Shown: positions 47,385 to 58,320, counted from the first letter of the stretch. The stretch is 64,000 nt of DNA from Anaerolineae bacterium (GCA_034437255.1 DAOTUH010000126.1:19198-83197), one strand, 5' to 3'. The notes: a model not told the origin generated them from the letters alone. Numbers and translations: made by a program.

Positions 47385-48512
47385 TTAGCGGCGGCGCAGA
47401 AAGAGTGCGATGCCCAGAAGCCAGGCGATGCCCTGCAGGAGGAAGATGATCAGCACCGGCCAATCGGTGCCACCGTTGGATTCGACCCACGTTTCGGTGG
47501 GAAGCGGCGTCCACGTCGGTAGAGGCGTGATCTCGGCGCTCTCGGTTGTATCGAGCGGCGTCTGCGTCGGGAGCGGCGTGCTCTCCTCGACGGAGGGGAC
47601 GGGCCTTGTCGGGAGCGGCGTCGGCGCGGTCTCACCACCGGCGCCCTCGGGCGTGGATGTGGGCAACGGCGTGACTTCGGGCACCGCCGTCGTCTCGGGC
47701 AGCGGCGATTCTGTCGGCGCATCACCGGGAGACACCAGCCGAATCGTGTCCTCGCTGATCGTGGTTCGCCCTGCGCCATCCCGGAACTGTACGTAGACCG
47801 CGTAGCTCCCCGGTTCCGTGCCCTCCAACGTCCAGGGCACGAGTTCCTCCCAGGGCTGCCACGGTTCGCCGTCAAAATCGGGGCTGTTGCTGATGCGGAT
47901 CTCAATGGCCTCGCCGATCCGCGCGCCCTCGCCGAGCGGCTCGGCCTGCTCGTTGGTAAGGCGCAGCGCAACTTGTGGGGACTCCGTCACCTTGGCTCCA
48001 TCGTTGATGAAAATGGGGAGTACGCCAGGACGCGAGCCGAAGTCGACGACAAAGTAATTGACGCCCTGGGGATCGCTGGCGTAGCCCACGCCGACCTCGC
48101 GATAGCGCGGATCAACGAAGAACTTCCAGCGGTCCGGCTCCTCACGGAACCAGTTGAGGGCATTCTCCGCCGTTCCCAACCCGGCCCAGATGGTCTCATT
48201 GACCAACAAGCCGTTGTCCCAGGCCTGATAGCCCGCTTCCCGGATGCGCTGCTGGTACGTGGACCCGTCCGACCCCACCTGATCGATGCGGGCATTCTCG
48301 GCCATGTCGGTGGCGTGACGCTGGGCCGCGTTGGTCAAGAGCGTGGAGGAGGCCAGCGGCGGCAGGCCCTGATCCAGTCGCGCCTGGTTGATCAGGCGAA
48401 GAAAGAGCCGCGCCGGATCGTCCTGCGTCCGCGCGATGGGCCGACCTGCGTGCAGCCAGAGCAGACTGCCAAATAGAATGCTCGCCAAGATGATGCGCAG
48501 GGTCCGCCTCAT
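47385..48512 (-). CDS. CAP (SCP/PR1-like) domain protein with Pro/Thr-rich linker and C-terminal TM anchor
   Basis: CAP motifs HATDM...ENI..G...A...W..E and VGVGY...YFVVDFG. Signal peptide at M54. ATG 48512 overlaps the upstream stop (ATGA). Confidence 0.8.
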   Translation of the reverse strand: MRRTLRIILASILFGSLLWLHAGRPIARTQDDPARLFLRLINQARLDQGLPPLASSTLLTNAAQRHATDMAENARIDQVGSDGSTYQQRIREAGYQAWDNGLLVNETIWAGLGTAENALNWFREEPDRWKFFVDPRYREVGVGYASDPQGVNYFVVDFGSRPGVLPIFINDGAKVTESPQVALRLTNEQAEPLGEGARIGEAIEIRISNSPDFDGEPWQPWEELVPWTLEGTEPGSYAVYVQFRDGAGRTTISEDTIRLVSPGDAPTESPLPETTAVPEVTPLPTSTPEGAGGETAPTPLPTRPVPSVEESTPLPTQTPLDTTESAEITPLPTWTPLPTETWVESNGGTDWPVLIIFLLQGIAWLLGIALFLRRR

Positions 48513-49297
48513 ACGTGCTCCTCGGTCAAGACGGCTCTGAACTCGGTAATCAGCGCAGACGTGGCACCGATCAATGGATCGGACACCGCGTCCGTCCATG
48601 GGCCGCCAGACAGCCGCTCTACAGCGCCGCCCGCCTCTTCCACGAGGAGCACGGCCGCCGCCTGATCCCACGTCCCCAGATGTTGAGCCACGAAGAGATC
48701 AAGCCAGCCGGCAGCGACGTAAGCCATATTGAGCGCCGCCGAGCCCAGGCAACGCAGCGTGCGCGCCTCGACCAGCATCCGGCTGACCAGAGCGGCGTGC
48801 TGCTTGCGAAGATCATAGTCGCGCGGCCAATCCGTGGCAAAGACCATCTCCTCGACGCGGGTCCGGCCCGACGTGCGGAGCGATGCGCCGTTGAGCGTAG
48901 CCCCGCCGTTGCGGTAAGCCGCAAAACAATGATCGCGCAAGGGATCGTAAATCACGCCCACTGAGGGCTGCCCCGCGTCCAGCGCGGCGATGGAGACACA
49001 GAAATTCGGGTTGTTCCGCGAGAAGTTTGTAGTGCCGTCCAACGGATCCACGAACCAGCGCACCCGGCCCTCATGCGCGTCGGGGCCTGCCTCCTCCGAG
49101 GTGATGGCGTGGTCAGGAAAAGCCTCGTGCAGCCCCTGGATAATGATCGCTTCTGCCGCCAGGTCGGCCTCGGTGACGATGTCGCGGAAGCCCTTGGACG
49201 TGACCGCGTGCGCCGTCGCCCAACGCTCACCCAACTCGGCGCCCGCCTCCCGGGCAAGCCGCACCGCGACGGACATCCACTGTTCGTATTCGCTCAT
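48509..49297 (-). CDS. Inositol monophosphatase family protein
   Basis: WFVDPLDGTTNF and other IMPase motifs. Confidence 0.85.
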   Translation of the reverse strand: MSEYEQWMSVAVRLAREAGAELGERWATAHAVTSKGFRDIVTEADLAAEAIIIQGLHEAFPDHAITSEEAGPDAHEGRVRWFVDPLDGTTNFSRNNPNFCVSIAALDAGQPSVGVIYDPLRDHCFAAYRNGGATLNGASLRTSGRTRVEEMVFATDWPRDYDLRKQHAALVSRMLVEARTLRCLGSAALNMAYVAAGWLDLFVAQHLGTWDQAAAVLLVEEAGGAVERLSGGPWTDAVSDPLIGATSALITEFRAVLTEEHV

Positions 49298-50550
49298 GGC
49301 AGCTCCTCAGCCGCTCGCGCGCACGCTTCCTGGGCGGTGGTCAACACGTCGAGCACACTTTGGTCGGTGTTCAGATTGAAGAGGCTCCGCACCAGCGCAG
49401 CGCGGCACTCCGGCTGACCGGTGACCGGCCTCCACGTTGACCAGCCATTCTGCTCGGCTGCAGTCAGCGTCATGGCAAGCAGTTGTCGTTTTGATGCACG
49501 CAGCGTTTCGTCAGCCTGCCAGGACTCCGCCAGCGAACGCCGGACCGGCAGGTAATTCGTCTGTTCAAACCAGATGGCCTGCGCTTCAGGGGAGAGCATC
49601 CAAATGGCGACCTCCAGGGCAGCATCGTGCTGTGAGCCATCGGAGGACAGAGGCAACACGGCCGGCCCGCGCCAGAGCGAGCCGCCTGTGTCGGAGACCG
49701 GGGGCAATGTCATCACCCCCAGAGGAAAATTCCACCCGCTTAACACACGGTTGACCACCTCAGGCTCCTGTAGACTAGAAGCGATAAGCAATGCAAGGGT
49801 GCTGTCTCCAAACTGGTCGATCCCGGCATCCAGAAATTCGTAAACCCGCCCACATCCCCGGCTGAGCACGTCATGCCCAACGCTGGCTGCGGCGACCGCA
49901 CCGGAACTCTCGAAGTTATAGTGCCCATGGGCGTCAACGATGGATTCGCCGCCTGTGGTCAGCAAGCTCAACAGGACATCGGCCTGCGCCGGGATACCCA
50001 GACCTATCTGTCCGTTTCCCATGTCCGTGGCAGCACAGGCCGTGTCGAGCAGATCCGACGCCGTCGCGGTCTCCGCCTCGTAGCCCAGATCTCGCACCCA
50101 GGCCTGATTGTAATAAAGCACGCTGGTCGCCAGCCCCAGCGGGAAGGCGACCAACGTTCCATCATCTTCGTACAGAGCCTCCGCCATCGGCAGTAGATCA
50201 CGCCGTATGGAAGAAGGCAGCGCCAAGGAGACCATCCTATCATGAAACTGGGGGACCGTATCGGCTCCGGTCACGACGAGATCGGGTTGCTGTGCCGCCG
50301 GCAACGTGTTCAGCTTCTCTAGAATCTCTTCCTGGTATTCTACAATCAACGTTGGCCCGTCGGGATGCCCAGCGTCGAACCGGTCTCCCAATGCCTCAAG
50401 CGCCGCCCGTTCTGCCCCGGCGAAGGTGTGCCAGAGCACAACGATATCCGGCCCCGGGCCCAAAGCCGATATGGTGTTATTACAGCCTGCCATGAGAAGA
50501 AGCACCATGGCGCCGATGATCAAACGGTATACCTTACAGATATGTCTCAT
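49294..50550 (-). CDS. ABC transporter substrate-binding lipoprotein (solute-binding family 1)
   Basis: Lipobox LLMAGCNN. 418 aa periplasmic binding protein pattern. Confidence 0.8.
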   Translation of the reverse strand: MRHICKVYRLIIGAMVLLLMAGCNNTISALGPGPDIVVLWHTFAGAERAALEALGDRFDAGHPDGPTLIVEYQEEILEKLNTLPAAQQPDLVVTGADTVPQFHDRMVSLALPSSIRRDLLPMAEALYEDDGTLVAFPLGLATSVLYYNQAWVRDLGYEAETATASDLLDTACAATDMGNGQIGLGIPAQADVLLSLLTTGGESIVDAHGHYNFESSGAVAAASVGHDVLSRGCGRVYEFLDAGIDQFGDSTLALLIASSLQEPEVVNRVLSGWNFPLGVMTLPPVSDTGGSLWRGPAVLPLSSDGSQHDAALEVAIWMLSPEAQAIWFEQTNYLPVRRSLAESWQADETLRASKRQLLAMTLTAAEQNGWSTWRPVTGQPECRAALVRSLFNLNTDQSVLDVLTTAQEACARAAEELP

Positions 50551-50608
50551 GTCTTAAACTCACTGTTCTTTTGTCTCGACAGATGACGTGCTTCGACGGC
50601 CCATCATA

Positions 50609-52213
50609 TCACAGATCGGTGCGATGGTTTATCCGCTTTAGGCGCCGCATGACCACGTCACGCAGCAACGTCAATTCCTCAAGGCCCATGTAACGCATTA
50701 ACATGATGTAGATTAGCATGCCCAGGCCGCTCGCCAATCCCACCTGCATCAGTACGCCCTCGAAGCCGGTCTGACCGAGGCGCTTGACGGCCCAGTTCCC
50801 GGCGAAGACAAAGGGCGCCATTACGACCGAAGCGCCCAGCGAAAGGCGCACCGTGTGTCCCAGGCCGTAGTCACTCAAATTCCCCACTTCGCGAATAAAA
50901 AGCGCCAACATCAACAACGCATGGAGGGTCAATTTGATAGAATTGGCCAGGATCAGCAGGGGGAGCGTCAGCTGGCCCGCGACCGTGGGCAAAAAAGCCA
51001 ACAGAGAGTAGATGGCCGTGGTCACCACCCCAACGAGCGCCGGCGTCCAGGTGTTCTTGCGGGCGTAGAAAGCAAAGATCAACGGCTGATCAAGTGCGGC
51101 AAAGATCAGCCCCAATAGATTGAATCGTAGTGCGACGGCGACGGCTTGCGTATCCGCCACCATAAAGTTTCCCCGTTGGAAGAGCAGCGCCACCAGAGGC
51201 TCAGCGAGGACGAGCATCAGTGAGGCAGCCGGCAAGACCAGGATGAGCACCAACCGCAGGCCCTGGGCCAGGGTCGCCCGGAACTGGGTCTCCTCCTCAT
51301 CGGTGGCGTAGCGGGAGAGCGTGGGCAGGATGGCGATGGAAATGGCGGTCACCACCATGCCCAGCGGAAACTGGATGATAGTGGCCGCGTACTTCATCCA
51401 CGCGATGCCGCTGGGTCCGGTCCGAGAGGCCAGGTTGAAGCTGAGCGCCACGGCCACTTGATCGACGATCAAGCCCAGGCCGATGGGCAGGTACAACGCG
51501 GCGATGGTGCGTAGGGCTGGGTGCCCCACAAAGGGGAAGATAAAACGCAGATGTGCGTCCCGGAGATCACCGAGCTGGAAGAGCACCTGCATCAGACTGC
51601 CCGCCAGGAGGCCCACGGCCAGGCTGAGCGCGCCTAGACGGCTCCGCCCCAGCAGAACCACGACGATGACCAACGTCGCGTTGGAAACCGCGCCCAGAAA
51701 CGCCGGACGTTTGAAGCGTTGAAGGGCATAAAGCACGCCGGAGAGCAAACCGGCGGTGTTTAGGAAGAGAATGGCAGGTGTGGTGATGCGGATCATCTGC
51801 GCCGCCAGCGTCAGGTACTCAGTCGTCAGCCCGGCGCCCAGGATTCGCGCCACGGCGGGCGCAGTCACCTCGATGATCAGGATGAAGGCGCCCAGAAAGA
51901 TCGCCAAGAGGGAGATCAGCAGGCTGATCAACCGCCAGAGCTCTGAACGGCGCTCTTCGGGCGTATAATCAGAGAAAACCGGCACCAGGGCCGAGCTCAA
52001 CATGCCCCCAACCAGCAGATCGTAGAGCATGATCGGCACTTGCGCCGCCACGTCGAAGGCGCTGACCGCGCCGCCGGCGCCGAAGAAGTACGACTTGGCC
52101 ATCTCGCGCACCAGGCCCAGCACCCGGCTGCTCACATTGCCGATGGAAATCAGCGCAGCGGCGCGGGTGACCTGCCGTGTTTCACTTGAGATGATCGTCG
52201 TTTCTTGACCCAT
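50609..52213 (-). CDS. murJ: Lipid II flippase MurJ (MviN)
   Basis: 534 aa, 14 TM segments. N-terminal RAAALISIGNVSSRVLGLVRE is MurJ-typical. Confidence 0.9.
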   Translation of the reverse strand: MGQETTIISSETRQVTRAAALISIGNVSSRVLGLVREMAKSYFFGAGGAVSAFDVAAQVPIMLYDLLVGGMLSSALVPVFSDYTPEERRSELWRLISLLISLLAIFLGAFILIIEVTAPAVARILGAGLTTEYLTLAAQMIRITTPAILFLNTAGLLSGVLYALQRFKRPAFLGAVSNATLVIVVVLLGRSRLGALSLAVGLLAGSLMQVLFQLGDLRDAHLRFIFPFVGHPALRTIAALYLPIGLGLIVDQVAVALSFNLASRTGPSGIAWMKYAATIIQFPLGMVVTAISIAILPTLSRYATDEEETQFRATLAQGLRLVLILVLPAASLMLVLAEPLVALLFQRGNFMVADTQAVAVALRFNLLGLIFAALDQPLIFAFYARKNTWTPALVGVVTTAIYSLLAFLPTVAGQLTLPLLILANSIKLTLHALLMLALFIREVGNLSDYGLGHTVRLSLGASVVMAPFVFAGNWAVKRLGQTGFEGVLMQVGLASGLGMLIYIMLMRYMGLEELTLLRDVVMRRLKRINHRTDL

Positions 52214-52368
52214 GACAAGAAGACATTCTACCGGCTTTCAGACGATTGGCAAGAGATCAACGACGCCACAGATCCACGTCTTATGAAAAAGCCCCCGGAA
52301 GCGTGTGTCAAAGGGCAAAGACCTCAACGTGATCGAGGGTCTTTTCCAAAGCACCGTCCGCGTTCGAG

Positions 52369-53676
52369 TCAGGCGAGGACGCCGGCTGCCTCGGCGCGAG
52401 CGTTCTCCTCGCGCGCGATGCGACGCCCCTCGTCCTCGTCCACGCGGGTCAGCAGGAAGATGCCCCCCAGGAAGAAAATGATGAGTGAGACGATGCTCAG
52501 CCGGCTCTCGCCGGCCAACTGCGAGACGATGCCGAAGAGTAACGGTCCCACGATGCCCGCGAACTTGCTGGAGATGTCGTAGAAGCCGAAGAACTCCGCG
52601 CTGCGAGCCTTGGGCGCCATCTGGCTGTAAAGACTACGGCTGAGGCCCTGCGTCCCGCCCTGGACCATGCCGACGGCGAAGGCCAGTGCCCAGAAATGCC
52701 ACGCGGTGCTCATAAAGTAGCCACCCACGGTGATGAGCGCGTACCAGCCCAGCCCCAGGATAATGGCGCGTTTGGTGCCGAGCCACTTGCTGATCTTTCC
52801 AAAGAGCAGGGCGAACGGAATCCCCACGAATTGGGTCAAGAGCAACGCGCCGACGAGATCCAGCGTGCCGATACCGATTTCCTGGCCGTAGATGGTGGCC
52901 ATCTTGATGATGGTGCCGATGCCATCGTTGTAGAGCCAGAACGCGATAAGGAACTTGAGGAGCTCTTGATACTTGCGGATATCCTGGAAGGTATGGCCCA
53001 GGCGCCGGAAGCCTGCGATCCACGGCGTGACGCCCTCGCCAATGCCGGTCTTGTTAGCCGGCGGTTCGGGGACGCGCCGCAGCAAGGGCACGGTGAAGAT
53101 CGCCCACCAGATGGCCACGGTGAGGAAAGAGAGCCGCGTGCCCCAGTTGTTGCCGGTGATGAACCAGATCATGGCGATGTTGACAGCCAGCAGCAACCCA
53201 CCGCCAACGTATCCCAGCGCGTAGCCTTTAGTCGAGACGTAGTCTCGTTCGTCCTCGTCCGTGATGTGGGAGAGCAGAGCATCGTAGAAGATGTACGAGC
53301 CGCCGAACCCGACGGAGCCGAAGAAAAACAGGGCCATGGCCAGCATCCAGTCGCCCGTGTTGATGAATACCATGAGCGTGGTCGCCACAATGCCTATCGC
53401 AGCAAAGAGTGACAGAAGCCGCTTCTTCCCGCCGGTATAGTCGGCGATGCTGCCCAAGATGGGTGCCAGTAGCGCGACGACGAGCAGGGAGAGCGAGTTG
53501 ACATAGCCCCAATACGCCGTCGCCACGTTGCCCGCGAAGACACCCTGCGCGATCTGACCGAAATAGGTGGGCAGCACTGCCGCTTCGACCGTCGTCGAAA
53601 AGGCCGAACTGCCCCAATCGTAGAGACACCAAGCGTTCGTGATTTGTTTGTGGTTGTACTGCTGCTCTTTGTTCAT
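52369..53676 (-). CDS. MFS transporter (UMF1-like)
   Basis: About 435 aa polytopic. AAGGAAG SD before the ATG at 53676 (MNKEQQ...), preferred over the track's 53766. Confidence 0.85.
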   Translation of the reverse strand: MNKEQQYNHKQITNAWCLYDWGSSAFSTTVEAAVLPTYFGQIAQGVFAGNVATAYWGYVNSLSLLVVALLAPILGSIADYTGGKKRLLSLFAAIGIVATTLMVFINTGDWMLAMALFFFGSVGFGGSYIFYDALLSHITDEDERDYVSTKGYALGYVGGGLLLAVNIAMIWFITGNNWGTRLSFLTVAIWWAIFTVPLLRRVPEPPANKTGIGEGVTPWIAGFRRLGHTFQDIRKYQELLKFLIAFWLYNDGIGTIIKMATIYGQEIGIGTLDLVGALLLTQFVGIPFALLFGKISKWLGTKRAIILGLGWYALITVGGYFMSTAWHFWALAFAVGMVQGGTQGLSRSLYSQMAPKARSAEFFGFYDISSKFAGIVGPLLFGIVSQLAGESRLSIVSLIIFFLGGIFLLTRVDEDEGRRIAREENARAEAAGVLA

Positions 53677-53879
53677 GTGTCTTCCTTGTGGAGTATGAAA
53701 ATAACAACGAAAGCATTGTACTGTAGGGGAGTATAGACGCAAGTGAAATCTGGATACTGATAGCACTCAAGCATCCACTAGAATTATGGACAAATCCGCC
53801 GTTCCAGCTATAATAACACTCCGATGAAATGATGAAATAAGGTATGCCCGTCTCCCACACCGATCAAAGGAGATCACAC

Positions 53880-54215
53880 ATGAAATTGACCACAGAGAAG
53901 TTCAAGAACGCTACGCTGATCCGCATTGAAGGTCGTATTGACAGCCAGACCGCGCCGGAACTGGAAACCGCCCTGACAGACATCATGGACGACGGACGCT
54001 ACAAAATTGTGCTGGACATGAATGAGGTGGAGTTCACCTCGAGCGCCGGATTGCGCGTGCTGATCAGTGCGCAGAAGAAATGCAAGCACCTGAATCGAGG
54101 TGAGATCGTGCTGGCCGACGTCCCGGAACGCATCGAGAAGGCCCTCGATCTGGCGGGCTTGCTGCCCATCTTCCGCATTACTGATGACGTATTGCACGCC
54201 GTAGGCAACATCTGA
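53880..54215 (+). CDS. STAS-domain anti-sigma-factor antagonist (RsbV/SpoIIAA-like)
   Basis: FTSSAGLRVLIS phospho-Ser region. AAAGGAG SD before the ATG at 53880. Confidence 0.85.
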   Translation: MKLTTEKFKNATLIRIEGRIDSQTAPELETALTDIMDDGRYKIVLDMNEVEFTSSAGLRVLISAQKKCKHLNRGEIVLADVPERIEKALDLAGLLPIFRITDDVLHAVGNI

Positions 54216-54293
54216 GATCGTTTTTTTCCGTCTTAGCGAGGGACCGCCCATTTGTCTTACAAGCAGCCCCCCACGACCTGTTGATCAAGCCTC

Positions 54294-54737
54294 ATGACTA
54301 AGAAGAGAGCAACCTTCACCGCTCGCTTTGAGAACCTCGCGCTGATTGACGCGCTGGCTGCCGAAGCCGCGGCCGCGGCCGGATTGGACGTACAAGCCAC
54401 TTATGGCGTCGAGATGGCCGTCGATGAAGCATGTTCCAATATCATCGAACACGCCTATGGCGGCGAATCCGACGAAGTTATCGAATATACGCATGAGATC
54501 AAAAAAGACCGTCTGATCATTACATTGCGCGATTACGGCGAGCCGTTCGATCCTAGCTGCGTCGCCGAACCGGATCTGTACTCAGATGTCGAAGAGCGGA
54601 ATGTGGGCGGCCTGGGATTTTTCTTTATATGTCAACTGATGGATGAAGTGGACTTTGAATTCTCCCCGGACCAAGGCAACCTATTGACGATGGTGAAGCA
54701 CAGGCCTGCCGCCGGAAACCGTGAGCGCGTAGCATGA
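54294..54737 (+). CDS. Anti-sigma regulatory factor Ser/Thr kinase (RsbW/SpoIIAB-like, HATPase_c)
   Basis: EACSNIIEHAY N-box. GGLGFFFICQLMDEV G-box. Confidence 0.8.
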   Translation: MTKKRATFTARFENLALIDALAAEAAAAAGLDVQATYGVEMAVDEACSNIIEHAYGGESDEVIEYTHEIKKDRLIITLRDYGEPFDPSCVAEPDLYSDVEERNVGGLGFFFICQLMDEVDFEFSPDQGNLLTMVKHRPAAGNRERVA

Positions 54738-56776
54738 GAACGTGGCTGCGCACCCTCGCCCGGCGACTGTTCCCCGAGATTGAATCCTTGGGACCGCGCG
54801 AGCGCACCTACAGCCTTGCGGACATCACCGGGGTGCTTTATGCGTCACCGTTAGCCGTGGTAGGCCTGATCTGGCTGATCACCGTCACCGATCTTACCCT
54901 ATTCCTCGAGGCGTGGTCTCTCCTGCTCCTGCTGCTGGGGTTGCTCTTTATCTTCGAGTGGCTCGATTTCTTCGTCTTCGTCGAGGTCACGCCGGGTATT
55001 TACGCGGATTGGCGCTGGTCCCTCTGGAGCGTTATCACGTGGTCGGCCGTACTGATCCTCGGTCCTATGACGCTCTGGCTGACAACGCTCTGGCGAACCA
55101 TCGCGTTCATCCGAAAATGGCAACGAGCCAAGGTCAAGGATTGGCGGTGGAATATCTCCCGGAACTTCGCCATCGACATCGCCTCGGTGACTTTTAACGG
55201 ACTCGTTGCACTCTATCTTTATCAGAGGTGGGGTGGGCAAATCCCTCTGCCTGGTCTGAGCCTGCTGGACTTACTGCCGGCGCTTTACGCGATGCTGGTT
55301 TGGCTCTTACTCTCCGTCCTTCTCTGGACGCCACTTCTGGCGCTCTTCAGCACCTCCAAGGAGTTCGCCTGGGCCCAAAATCCCTGGGTTACCTTCATCC
55401 GCTACATGGGGCTGACCGTGGGCTGGCACCTGTTGATGGATCCCTTCGCTATTCTCGCGGCCGGTCTGTACGCCGAGTACGACATAGGCGGCTACTCGCT
55501 CTTCATCCTGATCCTGCTAATGGCCGGATTACTGGCGCACCAGCTGAGCCAGGCCGTCGAACGGAGCCAGCTCCGTTCCCGTGAGCTGGAAAAACTGGAA
55601 CGCCTGGGGCGCGCCCTTATCAACATGCCGCCGGATGCCTCCCGGCTCTCCGAGATTCTGGCAGAACATCTCTGCAACATGTTTCCCTATGGCCAGATCG
55701 AGATCCGGTGTTTTCCCGATACCACGCTGTTGCACACGCCCGACGATTGGTCCCCCGTACCCGAAGGCGCGTGGTCATGGTTGCAGACGACCTGCGAAGC
55801 CCAAGTCTTCCAACCCGAAACGACGACGCCCTGGGCCGAGACGCTTGAACACAAAGCCGTGATCCTGGCGCCCATCGTGACGCAAGATAGCCGCGTTCCG
55901 CTGGGCGGTATCTATCTCGCCCGCTACCGCGACACCGACAGCATCGCCAATTTGCTGCCGGCCGTCCAGACGTTGACGGCTCAGATTGCATCGGCCCAGC
56001 AACAGGCCCAGGCCTACCGGCGGACGTTGGCCTTGCAACAAGCCGAGCAAGAGTTGCGCGTTGCGGGGCAGATCCAGGCCAGTTTTTTGCCGCGCGAGTT
56101 ACCACATATCCCAGGCTGGGAAATCACGGCGAGCCTGCGTCCGGCGCGCGAGACCTCTGGCGACTTTTACGACGTGATCCCGCTTCCCAACGGACGCTTC
56201 GGCATCCTCATCGCCGACGTGGCCGGGAAGGGCACCGGCGCCGCGCTCTACATGGCCCTCAGCCGCACGCTGCTACGCACCTACGCGCTCCAGTATCACA
56301 CGCGCGCTGACTACGTTCTACGCGTGGCGAACCGCCGCATCTTGATGGACACCGACACCGATCTCTTCGTCACCGTCTTCTACGGGGTACTTGATCCCAT
56401 GACGGGTACACTGCGCTACGGTAACGCCGGTCATATCCCACCCTACGTGCTGCGTGCCGGGGTGAACGCCGCGTCCCAGGGGTTGATCCGCACCGGAATG
56501 CCCTTGGGCCTCTACGAAGGCGAGAACTGGCGCGAGGAAGAGACGACGCTTGACGCGGGAGACACGCTGATTCTTTACACGGATGGCGTCACCGACGCAG
56601 AGAATGCAGAAGGAACTTTCTTCGGACACGAGCGTCTGCTCGACAGGGCCCAGGCTCATGCCGGATCTCCCGCGTCCGCACTCCAAGACGCCCTTCTCTC
56701 CGAGGTATACGGATTTGTCGGTGAAGGCATGCAATCCGACGACGTTACACTGATGGTTCTGTCAAGGCAAAAATGA
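54734..56776 (+). CDS. Membrane-integral PP2C (SpoIIE/RsbU-type) Ser/Thr phosphatase
   Basis: About 8 N-terminal TM helices. C-terminal GDFYDV...ADVAGKG...LYTDGVTDA PP2C motifs. Confidence 0.85.
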   Translation: MRTWLRTLARRLFPEIESLGPRERTYSLADITGVLYASPLAVVGLIWLITVTDLTLFLEAWSLLLLLLGLLFIFEWLDFFVFVEVTPGIYADWRWSLWSVITWSAVLILGPMTLWLTTLWRTIAFIRKWQRAKVKDWRWNISRNFAIDIASVTFNGLVALYLYQRWGGQIPLPGLSLLDLLPALYAMLVWLLLSVLLWTPLLALFSTSKEFAWAQNPWVTFIRYMGLTVGWHLLMDPFAILAAGLYAEYDIGGYSLFILILLMAGLLAHQLSQAVERSQLRSRELEKLERLGRALINMPPDASRLSEILAEHLCNMFPYGQIEIRCFPDTTLLHTPDDWSPVPEGAWSWLQTTCEAQVFQPETTTPWAETLEHKAVILAPIVTQDSRVPLGGIYLARYRDTDSIANLLPAVQTLTAQIASAQQQAQAYRRTLALQQAEQELRVAGQIQASFLPRELPHIPGWEITASLRPARETSGDFYDVIPLPNGRFGILIADVAGKGTGAALYMALSRTLLRTYALQYHTRADYVLRVANRRILMDTDTDLFVTVFYGVLDPMTGTLRYGNAGHIPPYVLRAGVNAASQGLIRTGMPLGLYEGENWREEETTLDAGDTLILYTDGVTDAENAEGTFFGHERLLDRAQAHAGSPASALQDALLSEVYGFVGEGMQSDDVTLMVLSRQK

Positions 56777-56862
56777 GCCTCGTGCGTCGCTGTAATGTAA
56801 TGAGGCGCGGACATGATCCAGCGTGCTTCGCAACAAACTCATATCGAAAGGATGGTTGATCC

Positions 56863-57879
56863 ATGAACATCTTAGTCACCGGTGGGGCCGGCTACATCGG
56901 CAGTCACACCTGCGTCGAGCTGTTGAACGCCGGGCATGACGTCGTGGTCGTCGATAACCTCGCCAACAGCAAGCGGGAATCTCTGCGGCGAGTGCAGGAG
57001 CTGACCGGGAGGCCGCTCACGTTCCACAAAGCCGATCTTCGGGATCGTGCGGCGCTAGACGCGGTCTTCGCGGCGACCCCCATCGACGCGGTGATTCACT
57101 TCGCCGGGCTCAAAGCCGTGGGCGAGTCCGTGGAAAAGCCGCTGACTTACTATCACAACAACGTCACGGGCACACTGGTGCTCTGCGACGTGATGCGAAC
57201 GCACGACGTGGACGACATTGTCTTCAGCTCGTCGGCCACGGTCTACGGCGATCCTGAGGAGGTGCCCATCCCGGAGACTGCGCCGCTGGGGCCGACTAAT
57301 CCCTACGGGCGCACCAAGTGGATGATCGAGGAGATTCTGCGCGACTTGCACGGCGCCGATCCGGCCTGGAACATCGCCTTGCTACGCTACTTCAATCCGG
57401 TCGGGGCGCATCCCAGTGGGCGCATCGGCGAGGATCCCAGCGGCATCCCCAACAACTTGCTCCCATACATCGCGCAGGTCGCCGTGGGCAAGCTCGACGA
57501 GCTGCGCGTCTTCGGCGCCGATTATCCCACCCACGATGGGACCGGCGTCCGCGATTACATCCATGTGGTGGATCTGGCCGTGGGCCATCTCCGCGCGCTG
57601 GACAAGCTGACCACCGATCCCGGCGTCGTGACCTACAATCTGGGCACCGGTCAGGGCTACAGCGTGCTTGACGTCGTCCAGGCCTTCGAGCGCGCATCGG
57701 GACAGGAGATCCCCTACCGGATCACGGGCCGGCGTCCCGGCGACGTGGCGACCAGCTACGCGGACCCCAGCAAGGCCGGAGAAGAGCTGGGCTGGGAAGC
57801 GGAGCGCGGTATCGAGGAGATGTGTGCCGACGTCTGGCGCTGGCAGTCCAACAATCCGAACGGGTACGAGGAAACCTGA
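56863..57879 (+). CDS. galE: UDP-glucose 4-epimerase
   Basis: [19 protein letters not shown]...YGRTK catalytic YxxxK. Confidence 0.9.
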   Translation: MNILVTGGAGYIGSHTCVELLNAGHDVVVVDNLANSKRESLRRVQELTGRPLTFHKADLRDRAALDAVFAATPIDAVIHFAGLKAVGESVEKPLTYYHNNVTGTLVLCDVMRTHDVDDIVFSSSATVYGDPEEVPIPETAPLGPTNPYGRTKWMIEEILRDLHGADPAWNIALLRYFNPVGAHPSGRIGEDPSGIPNNLLPYIAQVAVGKLDELRVFGADYPTHDGTGVRDYIHVVDLAVGHLRALDKLTTDPGVVTYNLGTGQGYSVLDVVQAFERASGQEIPYRITGRRPGDVATSYADPSKAGEELGWEAERGIEEMCADVWRWQSNNPNGYEET

Positions 57880-58016
57880 ACAAGGCGCCGTCTGCCGGAT
57901 GGACTTGCAGTTTCAGATCAGCACATCACTTAAAAAGCACCGATACTGACGCGCGCCATCTGATACGAGAACAAAATAACGGTCAACTCGCAACCTTGGC
58001 TGCCATGAAAAAAGGT

Positions 58017-58116
58017 CCAAAACTCGGAGTTTTAGTGGTTTACCCCCTACATCTAGTGATTTTGGTTACGAAAAATCTACATGTAGTGTCAAGTTCCGGA
58101 AAACTCCGAGTTTTCC
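58017..58116. repeat. Inverted pair of 15-bp near-palindromes AAAACTCSGAGTTTT separated by ~60 bp
   Basis: 58017-58035 and 58097-58116 are reverse complements. Between them lies a CTACATCTAGTG / CTACATGTAGTG repeat. Confidence 0.7.
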
Positions 58117-58133
58117 CAGTTATTTCAGTGCAG

Positions 58134-58215
58134 TCAAAATTTACCATCTTATGAATTTCCTTTACGTTCTTGGCGGCTATGCATGAGGTTGATGGTTATT
58201 TCAGTGCAGTCAACA
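58134..58215 (+). repeat. Conserved ~72-nt element R, copy 2, with mini-ORF MNFLYVLGGYA (58151-58186) and 19-bp flanking direct repeat
   Basis: Matches 2441-2513. GTTATTTCAGTGCAGTCAA occurs at 58119-58137 and 58195-58213. Confidence 0.5.
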
Positions 58216-58250
58216 GTAGGCCAGGAAAAGTATATTAACAAATGCTCGGA

Positions 58251-58320
58251 GCCCCCGTCTCGGGGGCGGTCTCCCTAAAACCGAGAGGTTCGCGATTAGC
58301 CGTCCCCGAGACGGGGACGG
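58251..58320 (+). other. Two GC hairpins that are also mutually complementary (CCCCCGTCTCGGGGG ... CCCCGAGACGGGG)
   Basis: Read directly. In the 630-nt AT-rich spacer upstream of the cyclase gene. Confidence 0.4.
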
